The notes under the pieces: model-generated
Seen by the model: only the letters and a program-made list of their open reading frames with translations
What the model was told of the DNA's origin: nothing
Databases searched by the model: none
In this document: positions 11,453 through 25,156 of the stretch, piece after piece
Layout of the letters: the number at the start of each line of letters is the position of its first letter
How positions within the stretch are numbered: position 1 is the stretch's first letter
DNA from: Trichoplax adhaerens
Lineage: Eukaryota > Animalia > Placozoa
Assembly: GCF_000150275.1 (NCBI RefSeq)
Contig: NW_002060946.1
Location: 5,165,454 to 5,229,453, forward strand
Length of the DNA: 64,000 bases
Reading direction: 5' to 3'
Position numbers and translations under genes: made by a program

Positions 11453-14400
11453 ATGGAAGCACTATCTATAAAAAATATCGAATCAAATCTTTCCGGTAAG
11501 ATAAGGAACGATATTAATCGATAATCTATAAGTCTAGTCAACTGATCAGACTGTACTGATATAAGAATACACTTTCACAGACATTGTGGGATTAGCTAAT
11601 TGATAATCTGCAAGTCAGTCCAACGGATCAGACTATACTGACAAAAGAATAAACATTTATATAGAATGTTCGTTTAGAATATAATTCATATGAGAACAGC
11701 TTTCTAGATTTTTTACTTTTCCCATCAGTAGTACCCGTGTAACGTCATTTTAACTACCTCAAGTTACCCAAAATAGTAAATATTGGTGCCTTTTTATAAA
11801 TAGTCGTCATATATTTAGTATACAAAATCTATCTCCTAGTGTAGATTAGAACATTGAAGAATGTACAGTAGTCGATAGCTGAATAACTCTGAAAACTAAT
11901 CCATTCTATATTATATAACGTGATTTATACTAATGATCGACTATAACAGATAATAAACGCCAGCGAGAAGCAGTAACACGAGGGGCGATATCAAAAATTA
12001 GTCGAGAGGAATTAGAAGATCGATATTTGAGACTTCATGAAGAAAATCTTGTAAGTTAAATGCCAGTTTATCAAAATATGTTGCACAATTATCATGATTA
12101 TCGTAAAATTTTTAATTAAAATGGTGAAAACAAAATAGTACAAATTTGAATTAATCGATAGAGGTAATACAGCAAGCACAACATGATAATTTCTAATGTA
12201 GTAAGATTTCTATCTAAATTTCATAAATTTATATCGGACTCAATGGAAGGCACTCTTATCGTAGAATCAGTTTAAGGTAAAAATGTTTAACGACGCACTG
12301 CTAAACCAATAATTATATCATTTTATCTTAGATTTTAAAGAAGCATGGGACTAAACAAGAAGAGAAAATTAAAAAGTAAGTAATAAAACTATAAACACAC
12401 ATGATATCCATTATTGTATTAACGCCTATCACAATTTAGTAAATTTAGACCTGGAACTATTATTATTATCATTATTTCGATGTATTCGAAATCTGATCAA
12501 CTTAATGTTATAAACTAATGCACGCAATAGGATGGCAACCAAATTGCTCCGTCTAGCGGCTGATAGGAAGAAGGCAGAAGCCGCAGCAGGTAATCAAATA
12601 TGACTTTGGTTGATCATGCTTCTATTTTCCTAACATAGTTACCACGGTATTTCTCAATTAAACGATAATCAAGGTATAAAATACAGCCCCGACGCAGAAG
12701 AAGCTATGGAAGATTTACGATCAAAAATACGATCATTAGAAAAGCAAAATGATAATTTGAAAAAGAAGGTCAACTACGAGCTAAATAAATAGATCGCTGC
12801 TTATTATGAAAATCATCAGATTCTGATAGGGTGGTTGTTATTAAAAAATTAGATGATCATGATGAAACAAGAATTTGAATCGCGTCCGAAAAGCGTTGGC
12901 CAGTTTAGTTCCGTTAAATCTCGCATAAATACCAATTTGAAAGGAGAAAAAACAATTACATTACAAGACGGGAATGCACAAATACCGGGAATTTGGACAC
13001 AAGGAGAAGGCACAAAGTAAATTATGTCACAAAAATTTTATTTTAGCCCTAACATTTGAATTATATGATAAAAGTGAAACAAATTTACTGTAAGATTACA
13101 TTAAAGTCTTTATAATAATTTCTATAGAAATATGTTTATGACTCTTATATGGTACCAAACGTTCTTTTACTACAGCAAGCGATTTAGTAAATGAGCTGCT
13201 CTTAACCTATCCTTACCTACGGCATCCTTAGTAATTTCACTTACGTCTTTCTCATAACTTTTTCAAACTTTTGTAGAACGGCAGGAAAACTACCCAAAGG
13301 AAGTAAATCTCCCAGGTAAAATATTTGTTAACTCTTTCATTAAAATACTTAACGCCAGGACGTTCATAAAACACTTACAATGTAATTATTTATTGATTAT
13401 ATGACATCTAGAGGACCGGGCGGAAAATCAGGATCAAGGTTATTTATTACCCAAATCTTAATATCCTACAGTACTATAATTTTTAACTATTATCTTTAAC
13501 TTATCAGTTATTGTGATTAATTACTAATAAATAATAAATTAGGCAAAGTATGCTTGAAGAATTAAGACATGATAATAGGACACTGTAAGTTGCTAAACTA
13601 GTTTTCTAATTAAGAAATTCGTCATGATCGTCATTCTCTATTTTTGCGCTATTGCTTACCAACTGCATATATACGCGTATTAATAGGAGCGAATTAGTAG
13701 ATCAACTAAGGCAACAAACATCATTCCTTGAAAATGAAAGCATGGCATTAAAAGAAACGGTAATGAATAAAGTATTGCTATAATAGTTATTATCAAGCAT
13801 AAAATAATGCGTCCAATTAAATTAAAGACTGGCTGGAATCATCAATCATTATCCTTTACGTGACATTAAAAATTTCCCTAACATTAGTTTTATTTCAATA
13901 GCTATAATAATCAGTAGTTATCTTTACCTAGATATAATGTATAACTTAAGATTCTTCAAATAACTAACGAAATTTTATAGAAGAAACGCAAAGGACATGA
14001 CATAAATAGAATAGTTGCTACTCAATCAAATTCTAGAATGTTATAAAATATTGGGCTCTCAATTATATCCAGCAAATTGATGAAAATAATCAATTATCCT
14101 TGGCTTTTGTGGCCTTGAGATATTCCAGTTACCATACATCATTTCTTCTTTAGCTTATATGAATTGCAAAATATTTAGACTCAAATTGTCTCATATAACT
14201 TTTTTATGATGTTTCGAACTACTTGAAATTTTACTACTCGCACAATAATCATTCTCTTCTTGTAATTATAAAGCTTCATAACTTTCGCCTTTTTAAAAGG
14301 ATTTCTTCAACTTATTACTTCTATAGATAAAAGAGAAAGAAATGGAATATGAAACTGCTTTGGATAATATTCGCCAGCAATTATCTAGCACTAAAAGGGC

Positions 14401-17400
14401 CAATATACAAGAAAATGTTGAATTAATACGGCTACAACGTGAAGTTAAAGATAAAGCTACTCAACTGCAGGCAGTTCAAGCTCAATATGAAAATTTAAAA
14501 GAGGTCAAAAAATTTTAAAATATAAATATAGCTTATCGTTTTATTTTGCTATCTTCTATCTCGTTAATAAATTTTAATATTTCTTTCATATGAAATAGAC
14601 GATGACGAAATTTAAAGGTAGTTATGATACCAACAATACCGAAATTGAAAATCTTCAGGCAATGATTTTAGAGGTACTGAACAGTTTATTATAGAAGAAG
14701 GACAAATTAATAGACTTAAAAGCCGTCCAAATATCTGTAACCAAGGTATTTATAAAGATGATAATCCGAAATTTATTAATAGAGGAATAAAAAAAATGAA
14801 GAACTTCAAGCCGATTTAGAAAAGCAGAAAATTATTAATGAAAGACTTGATGAGGTAAACTGATTTGAAGAATAAAGACATTTTAGAAACCATACAGAAT
14901 ATGCACGCGAAAAAATGTATAAATATGGTTTTAAGAATAATTGAAATGACATTATGCTATTTTTCCTTAATACATACAGTATCGCGATCAAATCATGGAA
15001 CTAGAGGCAGAAAAACAGATTTTGAAAGAAGCTAATGAAAAAATTATAAAGAGGTAATTAAATTCTTCTTAGGTGATAATGTTAGATAGATTTGAAGGAA
15101 CTTAAATCAAGATATTACAGTTAAATACGCCGATTAATCTCCGTCATTTTCCTCTTCTAGCACATTTGGTGGTGAACGAGAATTAGAACATCAAAGAGAA
15201 ATTAATGGCTACAAGGTGAAATTGGCTGAAATAGAAACAACCCTAAAAGTTGATTTAAGTGAGAAAGGGGAATACATGGAGAAGCTTAAACAAGAAAGAG
15301 GTAACTAGTATAAGTTTTAAATACCGCAAAATTAATTCATTTCATGAGGATCTTGGAAATATCAAATACGGAAACGTAGTTACAGTATTTTAAGAATGTT
15401 GTTTTAAAATTATATAATTCTTCATTACTTACAGTTTATAGCAAATATACAGGCCTATAAATGATATAATTTCACCTTTTTGACAGAAACGAATCGGTTT
15501 TTAAACGAGCACTGCAATGAATTGCAATCTATGTTTTTGGAGCTTAAAGAAAAGCACGAAGATCTAAGTGGAAAGATGGAATTTTTCACCAAGGTTTGTT
15601 CATTATTTCAAGTTTGCAATATCTTGAAATCGGAGAATCGTTAAAGAGCGTTGTTGGAGATTTTCTTGATGCATTAAACCACGACAATAATTTTAGCCAA
15701 GAAAATGATCACATCATTGCCAAACATGTTAACTTTATCATTCCAACAGGAAAGCGCTGTAGATATCAATGAACTAGAAGAAGCATTAGCATTAATCAAG
15801 GTAAGCACAGCTAGTTCAATATTTCCAAAGCTGTTATTAGCAACGCCTTTGTCATTACAACATTGTTCATGTACTGTAAAATTTACATATATATAGATGC
15901 GTAAAGAAAAAGAAAATATAGAGGATACTGAATTTAATATACGAGCAAAAGAAGAAGAGCTTAAAGGTATTTGCATAATTAAGAGATTATTTAGATCATT
16001 TACTAGTATAACCTATTCACCCTTGTTAATTCAACACTAATATAACCAACAATGCTCCTTATAACAGCATTAAAGCGCGAATTATTAGAAGTCCGAGCAG
16101 TGTACTGTGAAACCGTTAGTGAGTTAGAAAAAACTAGAAATATGTTGTCTATGCAGCATCAAATCAATAAAGAATATAAAAATGAGGTTAGTATACTATT
16201 GAAAAAACTATCTTGAATCCTATCTAACTTTCAAAATAATACTGTAGGTGTGCAGTTTGATAATTAATTAATGATATGCCACAATGATTCATCCAATTCC
16301 TAACAGGTGGATAGTGTAAATAAACGATTCGCAATTGACAAAGAAGAATTTAATGCGAAACTGAAAGAGTATGCTGATCTATTAGATATTCGAGCAGCAA
16401 GAATTAAGGTAAATTGACGATAATTAGGATATTTGAATAAAATTCAGCTTATACCGTCCAGTCACAGCGATTTTAGCCAGTAATTTTAGTGAATAAATGT
16501 AAAATATTTCTTATATTATTACTACAGAAATTAGAAGCACAATTGAGAGATATCGCCTACGGCACTAAACAATATAAACTAGAAGCAAATAAAGAAGAGG
16601 TAAATGATGTAGATATAACTCTTAAATTAATGAAACAGCCCACTGGGTAGTTTATGCTAGCGATCTTATATAACCTTAGCCCTTAATTTTACAGCCATAT
16701 TGACGCTTAATTTCACTTTTCAATTTAAAGGACGAATATGAGGATACAACTGAAGTGGTAGAATTAGAACGCGGTGAAAATATTTTCGAATTTCATGTTG
16801 CCAAGGTAGCCTAATGATATCTAAAATTTCCTAGCAAAATTCGCAAATCATCTTTCTTATATTCATATTAGCTGCTATGTAATCTATCATTATTACCAAG
16901 TTATTAATATCTGTTTATTCTATCCATTCGATTGCCATAGATGGTCCTATCTGACGAAGCCCAAGCAGTATTCGATGATGCTGAGCCTATTACTTTTATT
17001 ACTATTGAATTTTATGAATTTGAAATACAAGCAACTCCTATAGTCCGAGGCTATCGGTATTAAGATATACACCAATAAAAATAGATATTGTGATGATAAT
17101 CCCTTTCTAACCTTTCACTTTCTTTCTTTTCGATTCTATTTTAGACCTGAATTTAATTCGACATCGCAATACGTCGTCAGAGTTGATGATTTTTTCTTGC
17201 GATATTTACAGAAAGTAAGTGCTAATAAGGCAGCGCTACCAGGATTTACAATATACGCCATATCAAGATATTTGCAGCTACTGAAGCAGATAGAATTCTT
17301 AATAGTTAGCCTTGGGTCTGGTCTTTACTTACATGCAACTAATTTTCAGTAGCGAGTAGATTTGTATAGTTAATTTACTACTGGTAGAAATTCTTGATAA

Positions 17401-20400
17401 CTGGTGATTCCTGGTCAGCAATTAGAATTTAGAATTCTGCCCTAGTTAATCCAGAGATCAATATAAGAATTCTAATTAAAGTAGAATTATAGATATTTAT
17501 AATCTTATGAAATGTTATGTTTAAACTATAACTACCGACATATACGACTAGAAGATGTGAAGCTTGAATTCAATTTAGAATTTACCTTCTAGTGATTTTG
17601 ATTACAGGAAATTATGCTTTCTAGGATACTAAAAACTCAATTTCAACTCTATTTGCCTATACTTACAATGATAGGAAAGTGCTACGTTGGAATTACATCG
17701 AGCTTTCGGTACCGATTATCGAACGGTAGCTGCATGCCAAGTCACTTTTAGTGAGATTTTAGAGCATGGAGAAGGTAGAATCCGTGGTACAGCACAATTA
17801 GTCGGCATTGATGGTTCTTCGACAGGATTTAAATTTGCCTCTATCGAATTTTGGTACAGACTACGTGTACCTATGGAACAGGCATTAAGACTTTATAAAG
17901 AACGTACTAAAGCCATTGGCTATGTTGCTAGCAATATTACTGCTAACAAGAGTCAAACTTTCAAAGAAAGTAAAATACCTGAAATCCGCCAACCCTCGAC
18001 ACAAGAAGATTATAATGAGCTAAATGTACGAATTGTACGTTGTACTAATCTACGAACAAGAAGAGGTGGTAAGTCTATATCAGTTTACCCTTTGATATAA
18101 CATGATGGTCTTTTTCTACCAAGAGAGACTTATTCTTTCTTCGATGATTTCTTGTAGATGTTCAACCTTCGCCTTACTGCGTCTATAAATTTTACGAATT
18201 TGATGATCACGATACAACCATTATCTCCAATTCTAATTCTCCCGAGTTCAGCGATGTTCGAAACTTTTGCCTTAACGTGGATGCTGATCTTGATGCCTAC
18301 TTAAAGACAGGGGTAAGTATTTCCACCTCGCTATTAGCAGAATTCAATTAGCGTCCCAAAAGCTATGGATAGTATACTTAACGAGGACAGTAATCTGAAT
18401 CCTTGTCTTCTCTTTCGATATGAAAATCTAGACATTAGATATCTATGTCTTTGACGATAGCGATCCTGAAGATGCAGCTTACCTCGGGGTAGCTAAAATT
18501 CCGTTACTACCGCTAACCCATGACAACCCAATTCAAGGCGTATTCGAATTAACCACGGTTAATAAAGTTTCTACAGTAGTGTTATAGCAACTATTTTAAG
18601 CTGTAGTAATTTTACCAACACTCGAATTAGCCAGTATGGCTAACTTTAATTTATCTGCAACCAATTACAGGGTGATAACTTAAGCAATGGTAACATCGAA
18701 ATTGTGATTAGATGGATGTATACTTATTTGCCAGCAACAGAACCCAGCAAGGTACGTTTAATAAATCAAATCACCAGCAACTATGAAAAGAATATATCAT
18801 GATAGTGCCGTTAGCATAAAGAAATCGATCATCTTATAGTCCTATTTTGACTCATGGCCATGCTTTTCTTGCTTCTTAAATGATAGATGGCGACAAAGAC
18901 GCCAAGTAAAAGGACAGTGCCAGTGGAGTCGAGTATACCGATACGTCAACCATCAGCTTCCTCGACTCCAGGATACCATTTAGCAGCAATGAAAAATAAT
19001 TTATCAGGACCGATACCTATGAAGTCTTTGGATGATGGACAGGATAAAACACTTTTACAAGAAGTACCGATAGAAAATCTCCGATCTTCAGCTCAACCTT
19101 CCATTTCACTGGCAGAAGCAAAACTTTCAGGTAGATTATATTCTATGCTGGATGCTTTTACACTAGCTGATAAATTTATATGAATTAGTAATCCTTTTAA
19201 AGAGGAAATAACTTGCAGAAAATTGCGCTAGGATATGTTAGCAGGCGCAGATCGCTACTTGATATAATTCACGAATTAATGCAAGATATAAAATTGTTTT
19301 AACCGTTAGAAACAACCATTTACTAGTTAAGAATCTTATAAACTGTAGATTTAAAATGAAATTAGTTCATTCTCTGATTTTCAATTCACTACTACAACAG
19401 AACCAAAACGTAGGCCAGCTTCATCAACAACCAGTCACCAAGCTAATATTGTTCATTCTGCACCAGAAACGGAAGAAACTCCCCATGTCGATTCCAATGC
19501 CGATGATGAGATTCTAAAGTCCAAATTGGTTAACGAATTGAAGAAAACTCCACCACTTCTGCAAAGGAAATCGTCAGGATCGATCAGGCTGTTAACTCAG
19601 CAGCCGGTTATTAAAGAAGCGGTTTGTCTATCATTTATGTAAAGCTAATCATAAAAGAAAATATGGATTAATTAATTACCTTGTTGAAATATTTAGGAAT
19701 TAGAAGAGGATATCGATGACGAACAACAAGAAGGATCTGCTGTTCCAATGCCTAAACCTACTCCACAACCCGCTCAAGTTGAAACTGTAAACAGGAAAAT
19801 GTCCAATGATGAAGAAGAATTAGAAGATGATGATGATGAAGAAAATGTAAGATTCCGATTGTAACTCTAACACAGAAAAAATAAGTTAAATACCAAGAGG
19901 ATGAAAAGATAAATATCGCACCTAATTCATTCTGTTGTTGTGTAGTTTGACTCTGATTCCACCGTTACTGGGGAAAAAGATGCAGTCATGAAAAGAAGAG
20001 AAAGTCAAGATTTGAAAAGTAAAAGCGATAAAGACATCTATCATGATGAAGCCGCAAAAGCTGAAGATACTATATTTGGTGACGAAGAGGTAGAAGAAGA
20101 AGACATAGAAGATGAAGACGTAGAAGAAGAAGAAGAAGAAGAAGATGACGAAACTAGTGATGAAGATGTTGTCTTACCTGGTAGTCGTCGAAAATCAGTT
20201 CCAAAATCCAAAAGCCAGGAACTAATTGAAGTTAAGCATGAAGAAGAAATATCTGATGAAGAAGAAAGTGATATTAATAGTCAAAGAGCAAAGATTGTAA
20301 CGCCTCAAGAAGAAGAATCTTCTATTACTGAAGATTCTGAAGACCAGCTTATAGTTTCACCTATGGCCACTATAAATCGATCTACTTCCCTTCCACTCGA

Positions 20401-21764
20401 CCCTAGAATTACGATAACGCTATCAAGCTTGCTATTCCATGATAATGAAGCTGGTCAAGCTGTACTAGATAATCCATCCGTAAAAGCTGTCTTTATTGAA
20501 TATAAATTTTTGGATATTGATTCGGCAGAAACGGAAACGCCAGTCTCCTTACCAAAAGGAACTGCCTATCAGCCCATTAGCTTCAATTTTAGGAATGGTA
20601 AAGAGTCATAATATTAGCTGGAAAAATAGTAGCTATCATATAATATTGCATTCATTTTTGACTAATTCTTGCATCTATTGCAGTCTTTTACTTCAATAAA
20701 CAAAAGGACGCATCAAGAAGAGCATTACTACGAGAAATGTTAAATCCTGATCATGAAACCCAAGGAAGGTTAGCAACTCAAAATTAGGCTATCAAATTTA
20801 CATATTAAGTAGGCTAAGACTTTGGATGGAAGTAACCATAACTAAAATAGTTTCTATCATTTCCTATTTTGCGTTCAATTTCATCGATCGCATTCATTTT
20901 CCTTTATAGTATTATTCTCTCATGTACATCTTACTCATATATCTGCAGGCTTTGGTTTACTGTCGTTAGCGATCCATCAGATGATGATGAAGAACAAGAA
21001 TGTGCTGATGTTGGCTACGCCTATGTTGATTTAGTGGCTGTACGTAGAAACGATTAGAATGCTATTGCTTTAATTAAACTACTATCCCATAATCAGAATT
21101 ATCTTCTCTAATATTGCTATTTAAATTTTCCTGTCCTTGTTGCCCGAATATATAAACTATTCTTTACGAGATATATATTACAGTAACAAATCGATTAGCA
21201 AATCATGCTTGAAGTACTTAATATATACTTATTTATTACCGCAGATATTAGACAATGAAGAGGATGTAATCAACCGAGATGTCGATGGTATGTGATATAA
21301 ACTGCAGTGCTCTTCCGTCTTTATTGCGTTATTTCTGTTGATGTTGCTATTATAAATTCGAGTCATCATGCTAGCTTAGCATTATGTAATGTAATTTCTT
21401 TATTACTTTAACTATCTTGCTAAATAAATATCAGTATTTCAGTCGTAGATGGATTATAAATAATATTACCAAATCCTCGAATCAGTAACGAATACCCTTT
21501 AGTGCTTATACGGTACAACGTTCAGACTGCTTGTGGTTCTACTGTTCCAAGTATAAATTTGACAATTTATTAATGATTAAAATCTGCATTGCAATGAGTC
21601 TTTGAATTACTCAGTCATTAATTTAAAATTCTCATGTTCTAGTCATGAATAGTGAATGCGATGTGCTTGGAACAATTACTGTCACCGTGGAAGCTTTAGA
21701 TGCCCTCATAAGTGTTACTAAAGAAGGCAAAAAGAGCAAGAAAACGAAGAAAGGAAAGCGTTAA
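11453..21764 (+). CDS. RPGRIP1L: RPGRIP1L/fantom (MKS5/NPHP8) ciliary transition-zone protein: coiled coils, C2-N, C2-C, acidic linker, C-terminal RID/C2; about 36 exons
   Basis: Exons include 11453-11495, 11950-12050 (ISREELEDRYLRLHEENL; human VSREELEDRFLRLHDENI), 12332-12375, 12531-12589 (MATKLLRL), 16068-16186 (ELEKTRNML..QHQINKEY), 16731-16805 (ELERGENIFEFH), 17675-18067 (RLRVPMEQALRLYKERTKAIGY), 18158-18312 (QPSPYCVYKFYEFDDHDT), 19946-20597 (ETPVSLPK), 20949-21039 (FTVVSDP..DEEQECADVGYAYVDL), 21643-21764 (TVTVEALDAL, stop). The first exon and start codon are the least certain. Confidence 0.94.
11518..11660. repeat. Degenerate tandem duplication, ~82 bp unit, in RPGRIP1L intron 1
   Basis: aactgatcagactgtactgatataagaata (~11540) vs aacggatcagactatactgacaaaagaata (~11621). 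Confidence 0.7.
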
Positions 21765-23009
21765 TTTCGACAATTACCACATCACCCTAATTTAAGATAA
21801 TAAATCAAATCTAGCTTTAAATTATTATGTACAATCAGATATGCTCTACTCAAATTGGAGGAGAAATGCATAAGATCACAAAAATATATATTCTGGAGTC
21901 ATGTTGCCTAATTTACCTATGAAGCATAACCTGTAATCCAAAAAATCATTTTGACTCTGTCACAAGGATTACTAAGTACGGGATTCATATGTATTACTTT
22001 ATAATTAGTAAATCATTAGTAGATTCCCATAAAAGTAATTCTTTTGCTTAATTTTCTATCTATTGTACTGTATATTTTTAAAATTATGGTATATAAGTTA
22101 TTTATTAGTCGTTATAGTAAGATGAATCCAAGTGATATATTCAAGGTTATAATCAAAATTTCTGTTTAAGAGAACAGTTCGACCAATTTATAATTTTAGT
22201 GCACTAAATAAATGTATTATTGACCAAATAACCTATCCCACCTTAAGCATATATTAGTGGATTATCTACAATATTATACTGTTCGATAATTAATATACAT
22301 ATATATATATAATCGACATTGATTAGATAGTTTTTATTGGATCTCTACTAGAGATCGGTGGCAATAAAATGTAATTATTGTATTTTGTAGATACATTAGT
22401 AGATTTCTACAATATCATTCGATTCGATAATTCTTTACATAATCAGCGATAATTAAATAGCTCAATAATTTAAACTATCATTTGTACAGAAATTTTATAA
22501 TCAGCAAATCGTAATCGTAGCTGTCTCATCGGAGTATTTTATATTTTAGATTGTTAAATGAAGGTATTTTCTTTGCATCTAGCTACTGCATAAGATTCAT
22601 TTATATTTCATGGTAGCAACGTGCTCTGACTTAAGTTAATAAATATATAGGATATGAAATACATCCTACATGCACCTATGATATAAAAATATTGTACTAC
22701 AATTTTTTTCATTAATTATCTTTAATTAATAAATAATTTCGCCAATTACGTGATTACTAGCAAATTTATGCTCAATATCTTATTTAAACCGGACTGGTTG
22801 AAATTTTTTAGTCTTGTTATAATTGCTTCCTTCCTAGCTAGTTATAATTGGATACTATACTTTCCATTCTCAAGTACTATATAACTCTCTAATGCACTAT
22901 AATATGAATTACAAAAATTTCTGAAATAGATTATTTGCAGTACCGGTGCGCAAGATCGATCATCGATAACAATTATTTCAATTTATGATACTAGTGGTAA
23001 AATTCCGCA

Positions 23010-23175
23010 AGTGTAGTTATATCATGTTCTCAGTAAGCAAATGTAAGTATTTAGCCCGCACATCCTAATATTCTAGCAAACATCAACGAAATTCATCATC
23101 AGTTATATCATGTACACAGTAAGCAAATGTAGAAATTTAGCTGCATATCCTAAAAGTCTGGCATATGTCAATGAA
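23010..23175. repeat. Degenerate tandem duplication, ~86 bp unit
   Basis: agttatatcatgttctcagtaagcaaatgta (~23015) vs agttatatcatgtacacagtaagcaaatgta (~23101). Confidence 0.75.
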
Positions 23176-25156
23176 AAGTATTCGATATACAGCTATGACA
23201 ATAAAAGTAATAATTCTTTGACGATTTCCTACTCCAATCATTTTCAAGAATGCTATTATAAGCTATAATCTCATTCATTGTGTGTTTACAGCTATACTAA
23301 ATAAGTTGATAAGGAATACTAATAAATTTAAACTACCGGCTCTGCATTCCATAGTTGCAATCAAGTATTAAATTATCCTAGAAAATCGGAGCGCAAATCT
23401 AAGTGGAGTAGATGATCACGACTCTGCTTAAAAATATAAAATCATTTCTGATAGTGTCGTATTTAACGTGGAAATGAATCTTGCAAATGAAATGATGTCT
23501 AAAAATATAAGTAGATTGTAAAATAAGAATTACTTCATAACAGTTTATAATCGCCATAAATAATTTAGGAATGTTATTTTAAGAGATAATTTCAGTATGA
23601 ATTTTTCCCGCACTCATACTAAACAAAATGACAAGAAACATCGATAAATTAAATATTACTAGTATTGCATTTCTTGATCATTGACTGGTAACAAGCAATC
23701 CTAGAATAAGTGTAATATTAGATAACGAAAGTCTTGTAATTTAATAATATTCGAGCTAATTTAAACATGTAAATTATACTATATTCATTATCGATATACT
23801 AAATACTACTGTTATAGTTATTAATTGATTAATGATTCTACAGAATAGCATATTAATTGCTACTATATTGATCAATCTATCTGCTATTGTACTAACTGTG
23901 ACCCCGTTGTTGGCTCTAGCAAACAAAATAACGATATAATCAACGAAAAAGATGAAAAGTAGAGTCTATTCCGCTGCACAATTTTAAAGTACTTAATATC
24001 ATCCTAATAATTCCCTGAAAGAAGCTTTCATTGATCACAACCATCATGATCATCGCAGTTGTATCCTTGGACAGTAATTAGAATAAGTGCAAAAGAAATT
24101 CTCTAATAAGAAAATATTAGAGTCAAGTAGTTTAATAGAATATCAATACAACAAGAAAATTATCCAGTAATATCCTGTCTACCTAGATAATAATGAAAAT
24201 CGTTATCCTAGAATTGAATAAATACTTTATTGTCTTTATCCAACCTATTAAAGGAAAAGGAACAAATAATGCTATTTTAATTTGTATAGGCGTAGTGCTA
24301 TAATATAATCACCGAATAACAGTTTGTCCAGCAGTTTTCTAATTAAGGCAAAAATTCAATTGTCACGCTAGCATTAAGAAAAAAATTAATACCCTCACCA
24401 GTCTAGAATACAACCATTGACATTAATGAACAGATGATTGATACACGACTTTGAAGCTATTTAGGTTATAATTAATTCGATTCTGTATCCATTCTTTCTT
24501 TGCGAAAGCCTGAACGATCATAGAATTGTAAACGAGTAGTTTTTATTATTTTTTCCTCTCTCTTTTCTCAAATCCCCATAAAGAAGTTCCCACCATCGTT
24601 AATACTATTGAATAGCAAATCTATTTATAGATGACGCTGTTGATTTAGTTATTTTCGGTCTAGTAATTTCAATCGCATTTCCATTCGATTTTCGCTTCAA
24701 TGAGTTAAAGTATCTAGGAACGATACCATCGAATGATTGCTATGGCTTATACGATGGTAGCTTAACATAATTCAAAATAAGCTTGCCATATGGTTGCGAT
24801 ATGTTCGCTATACATTGGAAACAATGTCAATACGTCGCTGAATCGAATTCGATTACATTAGCATAAAGAGATTCTTCTCAATGATCTTGTACTTATTGGC
24901 AAGTACTAGCTAGAAAATCATCTAAAATATTATTAATAGTATCTGTGCATTACCAGTACTTGATTTAAGAATCAACTATTATTCCCACGGTTAGTATTCT
25001 TTCCTTCAGTTCATTTCTCAATTATTTCAACTGTATCCTGCTACGTTGATCTTATTTTCTAATCATTATCTGTTACTAATATAAAGAAAGAAAAATTTTT
25101 ACCATCCCATTATTTTGTCTTCAATTGCACTTAAAAATAGTACCGTACCAATCAAA

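Noticed and set aside
17285-17600. Repeated AGAATT(C) in a RPGRIP1L intron as heat-shock elements
   Set aside because: Spacing does not fit nGAAnnTTCn arrays; probably a decayed simple repeat
25115-25156. Upstream TTG start for CA8 given by the ORF track
   Set aside because: Eukaryotic gene; the first in-frame ATG, in AAAATGG context, is at 25157
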